NCBI GenBank assembly: GCA_049974845.1
Contig: JBNGCP010000010.1
Location: forward strand, 13,792-77,791
Reading direction: 5' to 3'
DNA: 64,000 nt
Source: Anaerolineae bacterium
GTDB lineage: Bacteria > Chloroflexota > Anaerolineae > B4-G1 > SLSP01
The notes under the pieces were generated by a model, which saw only the letters and a list, made by a program, of their open reading frames with translations, was not told where the DNA came from and ran no database searches. Positions 37,388-47,462 of the stretch are shown in pieces. Position 1 is the stretch's first letter. Every line of letters begins with the position of its first letter. Position numbers and translations under genes: made by a program.

Positions 37388-39406
37388 ATGTCTACCCTCA
37401 GCATTGAAGTTCTCACGATGCCGGCTGCGGACCTCGGTCCCGAGAATCCGCTCCCGCCCCTGAAATCGGGGCTTGATTTGCATCGGATAGAGGATCCGAT
37501 CCCCGGCGTACCCGATGAGATGCTCCAGAACATGGTCTACGGTCGCATTGCTAACATCCTCCCCTACACGATGCAGGACGGATACGATCGGCACCGCGAA
37601 CTTTCTTCTTTCCGTGTGGCCATCCTGGAAAACGAGATTCTAAGGGCGACCTTCCTGCTCGAGCTTGGTGGGCGGCTCTGGTCTCTGGTCCACAAGCCAT
37701 CGGGGCGTGAGCTGCTGGACGTCAACCCGGTCTTTCAGCCGGCGAATCTCGCGCTGCGCAATGCATGGTTCAGCGGCGGCGTGGAATGGAACATTGGGAC
37801 CATCGGGCATTCGCCTTTTACCTGTTCGCCCCTGTTCGCGGCGGAGGTCCATACGCCGGACTCCACACCGGTGCTGCGCCTCTACGAATGGGAACGCATC
37901 CGCCAGGTTCCGTTTCAGATCGACGCCTATCTACCCGATGGCTCGCCCGTGTTGTTCATCCGCGTCCAGATCACGAATCTCCATCGCATGACGGTGCCGA
38001 TGTATTGGTGGTCCAACATCGCCGTGCCAGAGACACCCGAAACGCGGGTCCTCATCCCGGCTGACTCGGCCTATAGCTTTGGGTACGGGGGCGGGGAACT
38101 TGCCCGTGTCCCGATCCCTGAGGTTGGGGATGTGGACATCACGTACCCAACGCGCATCAAACGCTCCGCGGATTTCTTCTTCGATATCCCGGGGGACGAG
38201 CGCCCTTGGATCACGGCGTTGGATGAGACCGGGCGGGGCTTGTTTCAGGCATCGACGGCGCGCCTCAAGGGACGGAAGCTCTTTCTATGGGGCACCGGCG
38301 AAGGGGGACGCCGCTGGCAGACGTTCCTTGCGGAACCTGGTCACGCTTATATCGAGATCCAGGCAGGCTTGGCCAGAACGCAGCTAGAACACCTCCCGAT
38401 GCCGGCTCTATCCAGGTGGACCTGGCTGGAGGCCTACGGACTGATGGAGGCCGACCCTGCCGCAGTTCACGGCGCTGATTGGTCGCAGGCAGTCGGTGCC
38501 GTGCGCGCGCGGGTTGACGAGCTGATCCCTGCCACAACCCTGGATCGGGAGCTGGCGAAAACCGCGGCGTGGGCCGATCAACCGCCGGAGACGCTCATCC
38601 AGCGCGGATCGGGGTGGGGAGCCCTGGAACGACTGCGCCGCGAAGAGGCGGGTGAGTCGCTTTTTTGCACGGCGAGCCTCGTCTTCGATGATGCCTCGCT
38701 GGGAGCGCCGCAAGCTCCATGGCGGAGCTTACTCACCTCCGGTCGTATGCCGTCGCCTGACCCCCTCGGGGCGCCAGCGGGCTATATGACGCAGAGCGCT
38801 TGGCGGGAGCGACTTGAACGGTCTGTGCTGACCGACTCTGAGAATTGGTTTGCCTGGATGCACCTAGGTGTCATGCGGTACGCTGCCGTCGAGCGTCAAG
38901 GAGCGAAGGAGGCCTGGCAGGCGTCCGTTGCAGCAGCGCCGAATCCCTGGGCCTACCGCAATCTCGGGTTGATGGCCTGGGAGGACGGTGCTTTTGACGA
39001 CGCCAAAACATTCTATCTGCAGGCGCTGGCGATGTTGCCTTCATTGCTCCCGCTGGCGATTGAGGTGGGCCAGAAACTGATCGCGATGGGGCACGCTCAA
39101 GCCTGGCTGGATATCGTGGAGGAGTTGCCGGCTCCCATCCGAGCATCCGGTCGGATCCGTCTGTTGGAGGGGCAAGCGGCGCTTGACGTGGGCGATCTGG
39201 AGCGCGTTGCCCCGCTCTTCGATGGCACACTCGTGGTCAACGATCTACGAGAAGGAGAACGCTCGCTGTCGCAACTCTGGTACGCGTATCACGAAAAGCG
39301 TGTGAGCCGGGAAGAAGGATGCACCATCGATGAGGAGCTCAAAGCTCGGGTCCGCCGGGACTATCCTGTCCCACCTTCCTTGGATTTCAGGATGTCGTCT
39401 ACCTGA
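37388..39406 (+). CDS. DUF5107-like protein with C-terminal TPR-like helical region
   Basis: 672 aa. The N-terminal beta-rich region (LPYTMQDGYDR, NAWFSGGVEWNIG) resembles DUF5107 or an aldose-epimerase-like fold from memory. Lies next to sugar kinases. Confidence 0.55.
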   Translation: MSTLSIEVLTMPAADLGPENPLPPLKSGLDLHRIEDPIPGVPDEMLQNMVYGRIANILPYTMQDGYDRHRELSSFRVAILENEILRATFLLELGGRLWSLVHKPSGRELLDVNPVFQPANLALRNAWFSGGVEWNIGTIGHSPFTCSPLFAAEVHTPDSTPVLRLYEWERIRQVPFQIDAYLPDGSPVLFIRVQITNLHRMTVPMYWWSNIAVPETPETRVLIPADSAYSFGYGGGELARVPIPEVGDVDITYPTRIKRSADFFFDIPGDERPWITALDETGRGLFQASTARLKGRKLFLWGTGEGGRRWQTFLAEPGHAYIEIQAGLARTQLEHLPMPALSRWTWLEAYGLMEADPAAVHGADWSQAVGAVRARVDELIPATTLDRELAKTAAWADQPPETLIQRGSGWGALERLRREEAGESLFCTASLVFDDASLGAPQAPWRSLLTSGRMPSPDPLGAPAGYMTQSAWRERLERSVLTDSENWFAWMHLGVMRYAAVERQGAKEAWQASVAAAPNPWAYRNLGLMAWEDGAFDDAKTFYLQALAMLPSLLPLAIEVGQKLIAMGHAQAWLDIVEELPAPIRASGRIRLLEGQAALDVGDLERVAPLFDGTLVVNDLREGERSLSQLWYAYHEKRVSREEGCTIDEELKARVRRDYPVPPSLDFRMSST

Positions 39407-39411
39407 GCCGA

Positions 39412-40842
39412 TCAGGGGGTCCTGGCCACGGCGGCGGCTCGTGTGTCGAGGTCGACCGCGATCTGGTAGTGCGTTCCCCCCCTATCGGATAGGTCTGCCA
39501 GTAACCCGTTCTGCGTCTCCTGGATGAGGGCTCTGACGTGCTCGGCCGGCTGTTCGGGCCATCCGATGGAGTTCCAAAGGCTGTTTTCACACCACACCTT
39601 GCCGATGCCCTGGACCGGGAAGATGTAGCCGGAGGGGGGCACGAGTGCGGCACATGCCTCGGGCCTTGAGGGCATTGTGGGAGTCCAATTGTCGTCGTAA
39701 GCTCTCACGTCGGCGACGTAGGTGTTGGGGTCCTTGCCGTCCAGCACATAGACCCTGCTTGTCGCGTCGCGCAGAAGCACGAGGCTTTGAAGTCGTAGGG
39801 GGGGCTCGGACTGCGTGATATCCTGCCAGAAGAGCTGGAGCGTCCCTTCCTCCTCGACCAGCGGCCCGGTGACACAGGGTGGCTCTATCCCCACGGAGAG
39901 GGCCTGGCTCACCACGGGCTCGAAGCGAGGATCCGGTTCAGCGCACGTGCCTCCCAGCGCGCTGGGCGCTGTTGAGACTGCGGTGGGCGTAGCGGTGGGC
40001 ATGGGTGTCGCTGTCGGCGCCACCGTTGGCGGGCTCGTCGGCGACGGGGGTATCGGGGTGGGGGGCGCGGTCGCTGGCGGCTTGGTCGCCGAAGGCAAGG
40101 GGGTCGGAGCCGTCGTCGGGCGCGCCGTTGGTGATGGGAGGGGCATGACCGTAGGTGTGGGATAGGGCGTGGGCGGCGCGATTGGCTGGATCGCCGCAGC
40201 GTTCGGGTCAACGACAAATCGCATGAAGATCACGGCTCCGAAGAGATGCCCGCCGGATGCCTGAAGCCGCCAGTAGCTTTCATACGTGCCAGGCTTGGAA
40301 GGCGCCGTGAAGTCCGCCACAATGTCCACCTCGCTGTCCGGAGCCGCTGGGGTGACCGGGATTCTCTGAGGTCCATCAAGTACGGTCCCGGCGACGAAGA
40401 CGAGGGATGTGTCCTCTAACCACGCGCAATCGCCGGTGTTGCGCACCCGCCAGATCTTTCTCAGATTTGATCCCGGTGGTACCCGCGATCCATCCGGCAA
40501 GTTTACATCGGCAACGAAAGTGGCGGTCAGTTGCCCCAAATCCTGACAGGGGGGGGCCGGAGAGGCTGTGGGCTCCGTCACCTCCAGACCGAAGGAAGGG
40601 ATCTCAACGGTCGACAAAGGGGAAGGGGAAGGAATGGGTTCTGTCGTAGCAGACATCACCGTGGGCGACGGGGTCGGTTCCAGGGTTGCCCCAATCTGCA
40701 CGGGTGTGAGGAGACAGGGCGTCACGATTGCGAGCGATTCTGACACACCGGGCGTCTGTGCTGGTGTGCATGCGACGATCCATACCAGCAACAGAAGGGA
40801 CCAGATGATGCTTCCAACCCGCGGGCAGTGTCGTTTTGCCAT
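39412..40842 (-). CDS. lipoprotein with Nbr1-FW/Ig-like domain and Pro/Thr-rich linker
   Basis: Signal peptide with lipobox LVWIVAC. Contains KIWRVRNTGDCAW...PGTYESYWRLQ (the Nbr1 FW-type motif) and a long PTP-rich linker. Confidence 0.65.
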   Translation of the reverse strand: MAKRHCPRVGSIIWSLLLLVWIVACTPAQTPGVSESLAIVTPCLLTPVQIGATLEPTPSPTVMSATTEPIPSPSPLSTVEIPSFGLEVTEPTASPAPPCQDLGQLTATFVADVNLPDGSRVPPGSNLRKIWRVRNTGDCAWLEDTSLVFVAGTVLDGPQRIPVTPAAPDSEVDIVADFTAPSKPGTYESYWRLQASGGHLFGAVIFMRFVVDPNAAAIQPIAPPTPYPTPTVMPLPSPTARPTTAPTPLPSATKPPATAPPTPIPPSPTSPPTVAPTATPMPTATPTAVSTAPSALGGTCAEPDPRFEPVVSQALSVGIEPPCVTGPLVEEEGTLQLFWQDITQSEPPLRLQSLVLLRDATSRVYVLDGKDPNTYVADVRAYDDNWTPTMPSRPEACAALVPPSGYIFPVQGIGKVWCENSLWNSIGWPEQPAEHVRALIQETQNGLLADLSDRGGTHYQIAVDLDTRAAAVARTP

Positions 40843-41108
40843 ATTAGCAGAGCCCCGTCGGCAACCCGAAGCGTAGATGAGGCTAGTATACTCGTGCTGG
40901 GGGTTTTGTCTATTGTCGGGCCCACAGGCGATCCAGGGTTGCGATCATGGCGCGCGAGACGTGCCTGGGTCTCCGGCATTAGCATTTCTGCAACACCCTC
41001 GATCGTGGTACAATCGCGAATGTGACCTTTCGGTTGGTTGATGACCTCTCGCCTGTTTGAACGGCCAGCGTGGCTGGCCAGAACCCCGATGTTCTCCGGA
41101 GGTGCGTG

Positions 41109-42260
41109 ATGAAGTTTGGGATTGATAGTGGGATTCCCTACGGTAACGTCTGTGATGTGACCCTCACACCCGACGGTGACACCCTTGAAGTCGCTTTCGC
41201 GCCGGATCCTCACGGCGGGCCGGAGACGCTCTGGTTCTACTTCCGTGTGCACCGGTCTCAGGGCCCAGGGCCCGATGTGAGCCGCCTCAGACTCCGGCTC
41301 AAGCACAGCTACAACATGCTTGGTGGGCAGGGGCCAGAGACGATGCGACCGGTCGTCCGCTATGAGGAAGGCCCCTGGCGCCGGCTTCCGCAGGGTGAGC
41401 TTCTCACGTACGCCGATGGCCGTGTTGACGTTCACTGGTCTGTCGCCGTGCCGAACCAGTCCCTGGACGTAGCGTATTGTTACCCGTATGGGAGGGATGA
41501 CCTCACGACGCTTCTTGCAGAGACGCACGGGTATTGGCGTCTGGATACGATCGGTGTAAGCCAAGCTGCGCGGCCGCTGGTTCGTCTGAGCAACGACTAT
41601 GGTGAGGAGGACAGCACGCGGCCGGGCCTCTATCTAATGGCGCGACAGCACGCCGGTGAGACACCCGGATCGTGGGTCCTCGATGGATTCCTGCGAGCGT
41701 TAGCGGACCTGGGAGACGACGCGCCGTTGACCTGGGCCGTGCCACTGGCCAACATCGACGGGGTCGAGAGCGGCGACTATGGGAAGGATAACTTCCCCTA
41801 TGACCTCAACCGCGCTTGGGGGCGCCCCCCTATGCGCCACGAGGTGTCGGTCTTTCAGCGCGATATGGCACGGTGGCGCCATCGATGCCAGCCTATGTTA
41901 GGTATCGACTTCCACGCGCCCGTGGCCTGCGAGACGTGTGGGGTCTACGTCTATCTGCCTGACCCGGACACCGACCGCGGCGTGCATGATATCATGCGGC
42001 GGTGGGCCGCTTGGACGCTGGACGAGCTGGGATCGACCTATGCGGCGGACCCTTTTGACCGAGTGGCACGGTATCCCTCACGATGGGAGACCCCCCGTTT
42101 CCGTGACTATGGCTGGCTTCAGTTAGGCCTGCCCTGCATCACCTTCGAAACGCCGTATGCGATGGCGGGCGAGAAGGTGTTGACGCAAGAGGATTACCGG
42201 GAGATCGGTCGGCGCCTCGTCGCCGGTACGATGCGGGGTATTGAGGCCATACTCGAGTAG
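41109..42260 (+). CDS. M14-family zinc carboxypeptidase-like protein with N-terminal beta domain
   Basis: ATG at 41109 (MKFGIDSG). HAGETPGS (HxxE zinc motif) and a later DFHAP (third ligand region). The layout resembles cytosolic carboxypeptidase-like members. Confidence 0.7.
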   Translation: MKFGIDSGIPYGNVCDVTLTPDGDTLEVAFAPDPHGGPETLWFYFRVHRSQGPGPDVSRLRLRLKHSYNMLGGQGPETMRPVVRYEEGPWRRLPQGELLTYADGRVDVHWSVAVPNQSLDVAYCYPYGRDDLTTLLAETHGYWRLDTIGVSQAARPLVRLSNDYGEEDSTRPGLYLMARQHAGETPGSWVLDGFLRALADLGDDAPLTWAVPLANIDGVESGDYGKDNFPYDLNRAWGRPPMRHEVSVFQRDMARWRHRCQPMLGIDFHAPVACETCGVYVYLPDPDTDRGVHDIMRRWAAWTLDELGSTYAADPFDRVARYPSRWETPRFRDYGWLQLGLPCITFETPYAMAGEKVLTQEDYREIGRRLVAGTMRGIEAILE

Positions 42261-42332
42261 AACAAAGCGGGGCCTGGGCGTCTTCGCTCGTTCGGCCTCG
42301 CCCAAGGCCCGATCCGGGAGCCTGGAGGCTCT

Positions 42333-43385
42333 ATGTCTGATGTAACTGAAAGGCCGTTAGTGGCTATCACGATGGGCGACCCTGCAGGAATCGGCCCAGA
42401 GATTGTGCTGAAGGCCCTGTCCCATGCAGATCTCTACCGCCGCTGTCGTCCATGGGTCATTGGGGACCGCCGCATTCTTTCCCGGGCGATGGGCTGGGAT
42501 GGTATTCCCCACCTCGAGATCGAGACGGCGGGCTCAAGCGATCAGGGCCGGTATCTGCCAGGAAAGGTTACCCTTATGGACATGAGGAACGCCGATCCTG
42601 CCCACTGTCCCGTCAGTGTGGTCAGCGCGCCCAGCGGCAAGGCGGCGGTCGAGTACGTCCAGCAAGCTTGTGATCTCTGTCTGGAGGGCGCGGCGGAGGC
42701 CATGGTGACGGCGCCGCTCAACAAGGATGCCATCAACCGAGCCGGTTTCACCTATGCCGGTCACACCGAGTTGTTGGCAGAACGGACGGGGGCCGAGAGG
42801 GTGACGATGCTGCTCACCGGGCCCGCCTTGCGCGTCGTGCACGTGAGTACCCACGTCGCTTTGGAGGAGGCCATCCGGCGCGTGCAGCGTGATCGCGTGT
42901 TGGAGGTCATCGCCCTGGCCTATCGGGGTTGTCGCGCGCTCGGCATTGAAGCTCCGCGGATCGCCGTCGCCGGATTGAACCCTCACGCCGGAGAGCATGG
43001 TCTCTTCGGCGACCAGGAGTCGCGCGAGATCAAGCCCGCGGTGGAGGCCGCTCGGGCCCGTGGATGGGACGTCTCGGATCCCCAACCGCCGGACACCGTT
43101 TTTCTCCGCGCCAAACAGGGCGCCTACGATATCGTTGTGGCGATGTACCACGATCAGGGCCACATCCCGATGAAGCTCCTGGCGTTTGACGAAGGTGTCA
43201 ACGTCAGCCTGGGGTTGCCCATCATCCGGACTTCCGTCGATCACGGTACCGCTTTCGATATTGCGGGTACGGGCGTCGCTCGCGAGACCAGTCTCCTGGC
43301 GGCGATCGACGTGGCGCTCCAGATGATTGCGGCACGGGATCGTGGCCTCGTCCAGGTCTCAACGGGGCCCGTTGGGGTAGGATGA
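42333..43385 (+). CDS. PdxA-family 4-phospho-hydroxyacid dehydrogenase (PdxA2-like)
   Basis: 350 aa with ITMGDPAGIGPEI, YAGHTELL, GLNPHAGE and SVDHGTAFDIAG. Paired with a DUF1537 kinase, which favours PdxA2 over pyridoxal-biosynthesis PdxA. Confidence 0.85.
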   Translation: MSDVTERPLVAITMGDPAGIGPEIVLKALSHADLYRRCRPWVIGDRRILSRAMGWDGIPHLEIETAGSSDQGRYLPGKVTLMDMRNADPAHCPVSVVSAPSGKAAVEYVQQACDLCLEGAAEAMVTAPLNKDAINRAGFTYAGHTELLAERTGAERVTMLLTGPALRVVHVSTHVALEEAIRRVQRDRVLEVIALAYRGCRALGIEAPRIAVAGLNPHAGEHGLFGDQESREIKPAVEAARARGWDVSDPQPPDTVFLRAKQGAYDIVVAMYHDQGHIPMKLLAFDEGVNVSLGLPIIRTSVDHGTAFDIAGTGVARETSLLAAIDVALQMIAARDRGLVQVSTGPVGVG

Positions 43386-44620
43386 CTGGACCTTACGTCG
43401 TCGTCATCGCCGACGATCTGACGGGCGCCGCCGATAGCGGGGTGGCCTTCGCCTCGCTGGGACTCAGGACACTTGTTGTCTGGTGCAGCGAAGCGATGCC
43501 CGAGGCCGAGGTGCTGGTTCTCACCACGGAGAGCCGTCACCGAGAGCAGGCAGAGGCCGTGCGCCGCGTCCAGAGCGGGGTCAAGGCTGTGGTGGCCGTG
43601 CCGGGGGTTCGAGATGGGGCTTGGCTCTACAAGAAGATTGACTCTACTCTGCGGGGCCATCCCGGCCCTGAGCTGAAGGCGGTGATGGCGGAGTTCGGCC
43701 TGTCTAGGGCTTTGGTCGCGCCGGCATTTCCGGCGCAGGGCCGAACGACGGTTGGCGGGCTCCATCTCGTCGACGGTATCCCGCTCACCGAGACCGTCTT
43801 CGGTCAGGCGGTGTCCTCCGCACGTGTGGCGGAGCGAATCGCTGACGCCGTCGGGGTAGAGGCTGTGCACGAGCTTCCCCTCAAGCTGGTGCGTCAAGGG
43901 CCTGCCGCCGTCGCAGCCACGATTCAGAGGATGCCCGCGCGCATTTTCATCGGTGACGCCGAGCGAGAGGCGGACCTGGAAACGTTAGCCTCAGCCGCGC
44001 TCCGGTCGGGCATTCGTCTCCTCTGTGGCTCCGCGGGACTCGCGGCGGCTCTGGCGGGAGCGTTGCCGACGCACGATCCGGGGTTGGTGGCATGGCGCTC
44101 GCCGGAGACGGCGCACCCGCCAAAACCGCGCGAGGGTCACGTCCTGGTCATCGCCGCAAGCCGGCATCCTCAGACCGCGCGTCAGATCCGCTTTCTAGAG
44201 GCCGCCGGCATAGCGGTGGTGCGTCCGGAGGCGGGTTGGTTCACCGATGACGCGTCGCCTGGCGGCGACATAGAACGCTGGGTAGAGCAGCTCCGGCAGG
44301 GCCCTCTCGTCTTGACGAGTCAGGGTCTTCCCGACCTCCCTGGAGCGGGCGAGAGGATCGTTGCCCGGTTGGCCGGTGCCGCCCGGACGCTCTGCCAACG
44401 GGTGCCAGTCGCCGGTCTGATTCTGACGGGCGGTGATGCCGCTATTGCGGCCGGCCGAGCCTTGGAGGCGGAGGCGATGTGGCTTCGGGGTGAGGTGCAC
44501 CGTGGGATGCCCTGGTCCACCTTTGTCGGCGGGATCGCGCCCGCTCTCACCGTCATTACCAAAGCCGGGGGCTTTGGCGGGGAGGATGGACTGCTGGCGG
44601 CGATTGAGGCTTTGAGCTAG
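43382..44620 (+). CDS. four-carbon acid-sugar kinase family protein (DUF1537; OtnK/DtnK/DenK-like)
   Basis: 412 aa with VVIADDLTGAADSG at the N-terminus and C-terminal ILTGGDAA...ITKAGGFG. The ATGA start overlaps the PdxA2 stop. Confidence 0.85.
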   Translation: MTGPYVVVIADDLTGAADSGVAFASLGLRTLVVWCSEAMPEAEVLVLTTESRHREQAEAVRRVQSGVKAVVAVPGVRDGAWLYKKIDSTLRGHPGPELKAVMAEFGLSRALVAPAFPAQGRTTVGGLHLVDGIPLTETVFGQAVSSARVAERIADAVGVEAVHELPLKLVRQGPAAVAATIQRMPARIFIGDAEREADLETLASAALRSGIRLLCGSAGLAAALAGALPTHDPGLVAWRSPETAHPPKPREGHVLVIAASRHPQTARQIRFLEAAGIAVVRPEAGWFTDDASPGGDIERWVEQLRQGPLVLTSQGLPDLPGAGERIVARLAGAARTLCQRVPVAGLILTGGDAAIAAGRALEAEAMWLRGEVHRGMPWSTFVGGIAPALTVITKAGGFGGEDGLLAAIEALS

Positions 44621-44635
44621 GTAAAAAGGAGAGAC

Positions 44636-45925
44636 ATGAGAGGGACCGCGGATTGTTATGATGAACTACGGGCTTACTGCGAGACAGTGCCGATCGTCGA
44701 TTGCCACGACCATTCTTATGAGTGCGGGCCGGAGTACGAGGATCCTCTCGAGATGGTCACCTCTGGCTACTTTTTGAGCGATGTCCACAGCGCTTCCTCG
44801 GATGCCGACATCGCCGCGATTCAAGACAAAGTGCGCCCGCTCGAGGAACGATGGCCCATCTTCGAGCGCGCTTGGAAGCGTACGTGCCACACAGGGTATG
44901 CGCAGGTGACGCGCCGTGTGCTTAAGGAGTTCTACGGTGAGGATGCACTTACGCTGGAGGCACTGCATCGGGTGAAGGAGAAGATGGTGGATCTCACCGA
45001 CCGGTGGACTTTCGAGGGGATTCTGGAGAAGGCCAAGATCGCCGGGCGGATCATCGACGCCTTTCCTGACGTCCGCAAAGTGTTGGACGGCACCCTCGAG
45101 ATGACGCCCCGCGGCTACCTAGCCATCTCGCTTCCCCAATACCACGATATCCGCAGCTACGATAACGTCATGCAACGGATGAAACCCCTGGGGCGGAGGG
45201 TCACGTCGCTCGATGAATACCTGGCAGGTTGTCGGGAGATCTTTGAGGGCCATAAGGCGTACGGCGCGGTGACCTTCAAGGATCAATCCGCCTACACGCG
45301 CCCCATCGACTATGGTAACCCGACGCGATCCGAGGCCGAAGCGATCTTTAATTCGTTCATGGAGGATCCACGGCGAAGCGCGTCCTATCCCGACGGCGTC
45401 AAGCCGCTGGATGACTATCTCTTCCATGCGTTTATGCGCATGGCACGGGATATGGATCTGCCGGTGCAAATCCACACCGGTCACATGGCAGGAATCCGCA
45501 ATGAGATTACCAAGACGAACGCCGTTGGGTTGACCCGTGTGATCGAGTTGCACCGGGACGTGCGTTTCGATCTCCTCCATGCCAACTGGCCCTACGGGGG
45601 CGAACTGCTGTTCCTGGGCAAGAACTACCCGAACGTGTCCCTGGACTTCTGCTGGGCCAACATCATCGATCCCGTCTATTGCCAGAATCTCTTCAAGCAG
45701 GTACTGTCAGCGGTGCCGCACGGCAAGGTTCACGGCTATGGATCGGACTTCGGCGGCCATGCGGATCGGGCGTGGGCTCATGCCTCGATCGCGCGAGACA
45801 ATATCGCTATCGCGCTGTCGGATATGGTTCAGATGTCCTATCTGACGCTCGACGAGGCCAAGGACGTCGCCTATGCCTGGTTGTTCGGCAACGCCAACGA
45901 GTTCTTCCGACTTGACCTTGGCTGA
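44636..45925 (+). CDS. amidohydrolase-superfamily (TIM-barrel metal hydrolase) protein
   Basis: 429 aa with VPIVDCHDHSYE (HxH), VQIHTGH and a late HANWPY/GYGSDF. AAAGGAG SD. Substrate unknown. Confidence 0.7.
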   Translation: MRGTADCYDELRAYCETVPIVDCHDHSYECGPEYEDPLEMVTSGYFLSDVHSASSDADIAAIQDKVRPLEERWPIFERAWKRTCHTGYAQVTRRVLKEFYGEDALTLEALHRVKEKMVDLTDRWTFEGILEKAKIAGRIIDAFPDVRKVLDGTLEMTPRGYLAISLPQYHDIRSYDNVMQRMKPLGRRVTSLDEYLAGCREIFEGHKAYGAVTFKDQSAYTRPIDYGNPTRSEAEAIFNSFMEDPRRSASYPDGVKPLDDYLFHAFMRMARDMDLPVQIHTGHMAGIRNEITKTNAVGLTRVIELHRDVRFDLLHANWPYGGELLFLGKNYPNVSLDFCWANIIDPVYCQNLFKQVLSAVPHGKVHGYGSDFGGHADRAWAHASIARDNIAIALSDMVQMSYLTLDEAKDVAYAWLFGNANEFFRLDLG

Positions 45926-45928
45926 GGA

Positions 45929-47242
45929 TCACCCGCGCTGGGGGCGGAGCCGCGCCACCAGGCCTCTGAGATCGAAGGGCTTGAGCAGTGCGAAAAACAT
46001 GATCGCGGCGATGGCTCGGCCAAAGCCGGAGAGGGCGAAGGTCCAGCGGTAACCCAGCATCTGTATGACCTGCCCCCCGGCCAGCGGCCCCAGGATATTG
46101 GCCATCGCCAGCAGCGTGTTGTAGCTGGCGATGGCCTCTGTCTGACGCTCCTCATCCGCTAGCCGCAGCAGCAAGTTGAAGTTCGCAATCTCCCGTCCCG
46201 CCCACAGAAAGCCACTGGGCACGTTGATGAAGATGATCTGCCAGGGGGCCGTCAACGGCAGCCATATAAAGGGCAGGATCGGGATGAAAATGAGGCACAT
46301 CACGAAGACCCAGGAAGCCCCACGACGGTCGACGGCGCGCCCCCAGATTTGCTGACCGATCATGCGCATAAACGATGAGGCCATACTCAGCCATCCGATG
46401 ATGCGCGACGTCGCGCCCAGCACCTCTACCTGGTAGACCCCAAAGTAAGGGCCGCCGAACTGCCAGGCGAAGTTGAAGAAGACGCTGATGAGCGTAAAAC
46501 GCCAGAAGGTCGGATCTGCCTTGAGGACCCGCCAGAAGGCGAGAGTAAACCGTCGCTTGATGGCGCGCTCGGTCGGCTCCGGCCTCGGTATTCGCGCAAA
46601 TAGATAGAGGGCAAAGGCGCCCCAGACGATCGCGATGACAAAGGACATCTGGTAGCCGGTAGGCTCAGGAAATAGGCCGATGAGCTGGCCCGCCAGGGGC
46701 ACAAAGATCAGGGAGGCCAAGGCCATGGCCGCCTTGCGAGAGGAGAAATATCGCCCCCGCCGGTTCGGTGGGACGAGGTCACCGGCAAATGACGTCCAAG
46801 GGGAGTTGCCCAGGTGAAGGAACGCCGTTCGCAGCGCGAAGAGCCCGATGACGACGAGGATCAACGCAGGCCCGGACCTCATTAGGGGCAGCAGGAGCGC
46901 TCCCAGGAGGGCCACGTAGCGCAACCCGTAGGAGATCAGGATGACCGGCTTGCGCTTGCCCCAATGGGCAGCCCACTGTGCGCCCGGCAATGGCATCAGC
47001 ATCGCGAAGAAACTGGCTAGCGACGACAGCGATCCCACCTGCAAGCTGGTCGCGCCCAACGAGAGGATGTAGAGGGTGATGTAGGAATCGACGAAAGCGG
47101 AGGACATCGAGATGAATACGCCATACCACCAGAAGAGCGCCATCCCCTTGCGGAAACGCCTGGACACGTCTCGGACTACGTAAGGATCCGCACGTGACCA
47201 CCAGCTCACCACTTTCATCTTCAACTGTGAGACCATCGACAT
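45929..47242 (-). CDS. MFS transporter
   Basis: 437 aa with about 12 predicted TM helices and typical MFS loop motifs (PNRRGRYFSSRKA). Confidence 0.85.
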   Translation of the reverse strand: MSMVSQLKMKVVSWWSRADPYVVRDVSRRFRKGMALFWWYGVFISMSSAFVDSYITLYILSLGATSLQVGSLSSLASFFAMLMPLPGAQWAAHWGKRKPVILISYGLRYVALLGALLLPLMRSGPALILVVIGLFALRTAFLHLGNSPWTSFAGDLVPPNRRGRYFSSRKAAMALASLIFVPLAGQLIGLFPEPTGYQMSFVIAIVWGAFALYLFARIPRPEPTERAIKRRFTLAFWRVLKADPTFWRFTLISVFFNFAWQFGGPYFGVYQVEVLGATSRIIGWLSMASSFMRMIGQQIWGRAVDRRGASWVFVMCLIFIPILPFIWLPLTAPWQIIFINVPSGFLWAGREIANFNLLLRLADEERQTEAIASYNTLLAMANILGPLAGGQVIQMLGYRWTFALSGFGRAIAAIMFFALLKPFDLRGLVARLRPQRG

Positions 47243-47330
47243 ACTATCTGCTCCGGAGTCTTAGCCAAGGACGGCCCAGAGGAGTATAGCCAAACGAGGA
47301 GCTGCGGCAAGAACGCGGAGGAGCGCGCGC

Positions 47331-47462
47331 AGGGCAATCGCAATTGGCATGGACAAAGTGCAACGCACGTAGGCTCGACGGTGAGCGATGCCTTTGGCAT
47401 CGGGTCGTGGTTGACGAATTCCAGGTGCGTTGCACTTGTTCTGGCCAACTGGAATTACCCCA
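47331..47462. mobile_element. MITE-like hairpin repeat element, copy 2, with degenerate 11-bp flanking repeat
   Basis: Same orientation as copy 1 and about 85% identical. TIRs at 47333..47348 against 47444..47459. Perfect central hairpin CGATGCC-ttt-GGCATCG. The flanks at the homologous offsets, GGAGCGCGCGC (47320..47330) and GGAGCCTGCGG (47463..47473), match at 8 of 11 positions. Confidence 0.6.

Noticed and set aside
40722-41564. 280-aa minus-strand ORF overlapping the lipoprotein start and the M14 peptidase gene.
   Set aside because: It has shadow-ORF composition. It overlaps two better-supported genes and the divergent intergenic region.
42261-42332. GC-rich stem (GGGCCTGGGCG...CGCCCAAGGCCC) after the M14 peptidase gene, considered as a terminator.
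   Set aside because: No U-tract follows and the next gene starts about 25 nt later. I cannot distinguish a terminator from incidental GC-rich pairing.
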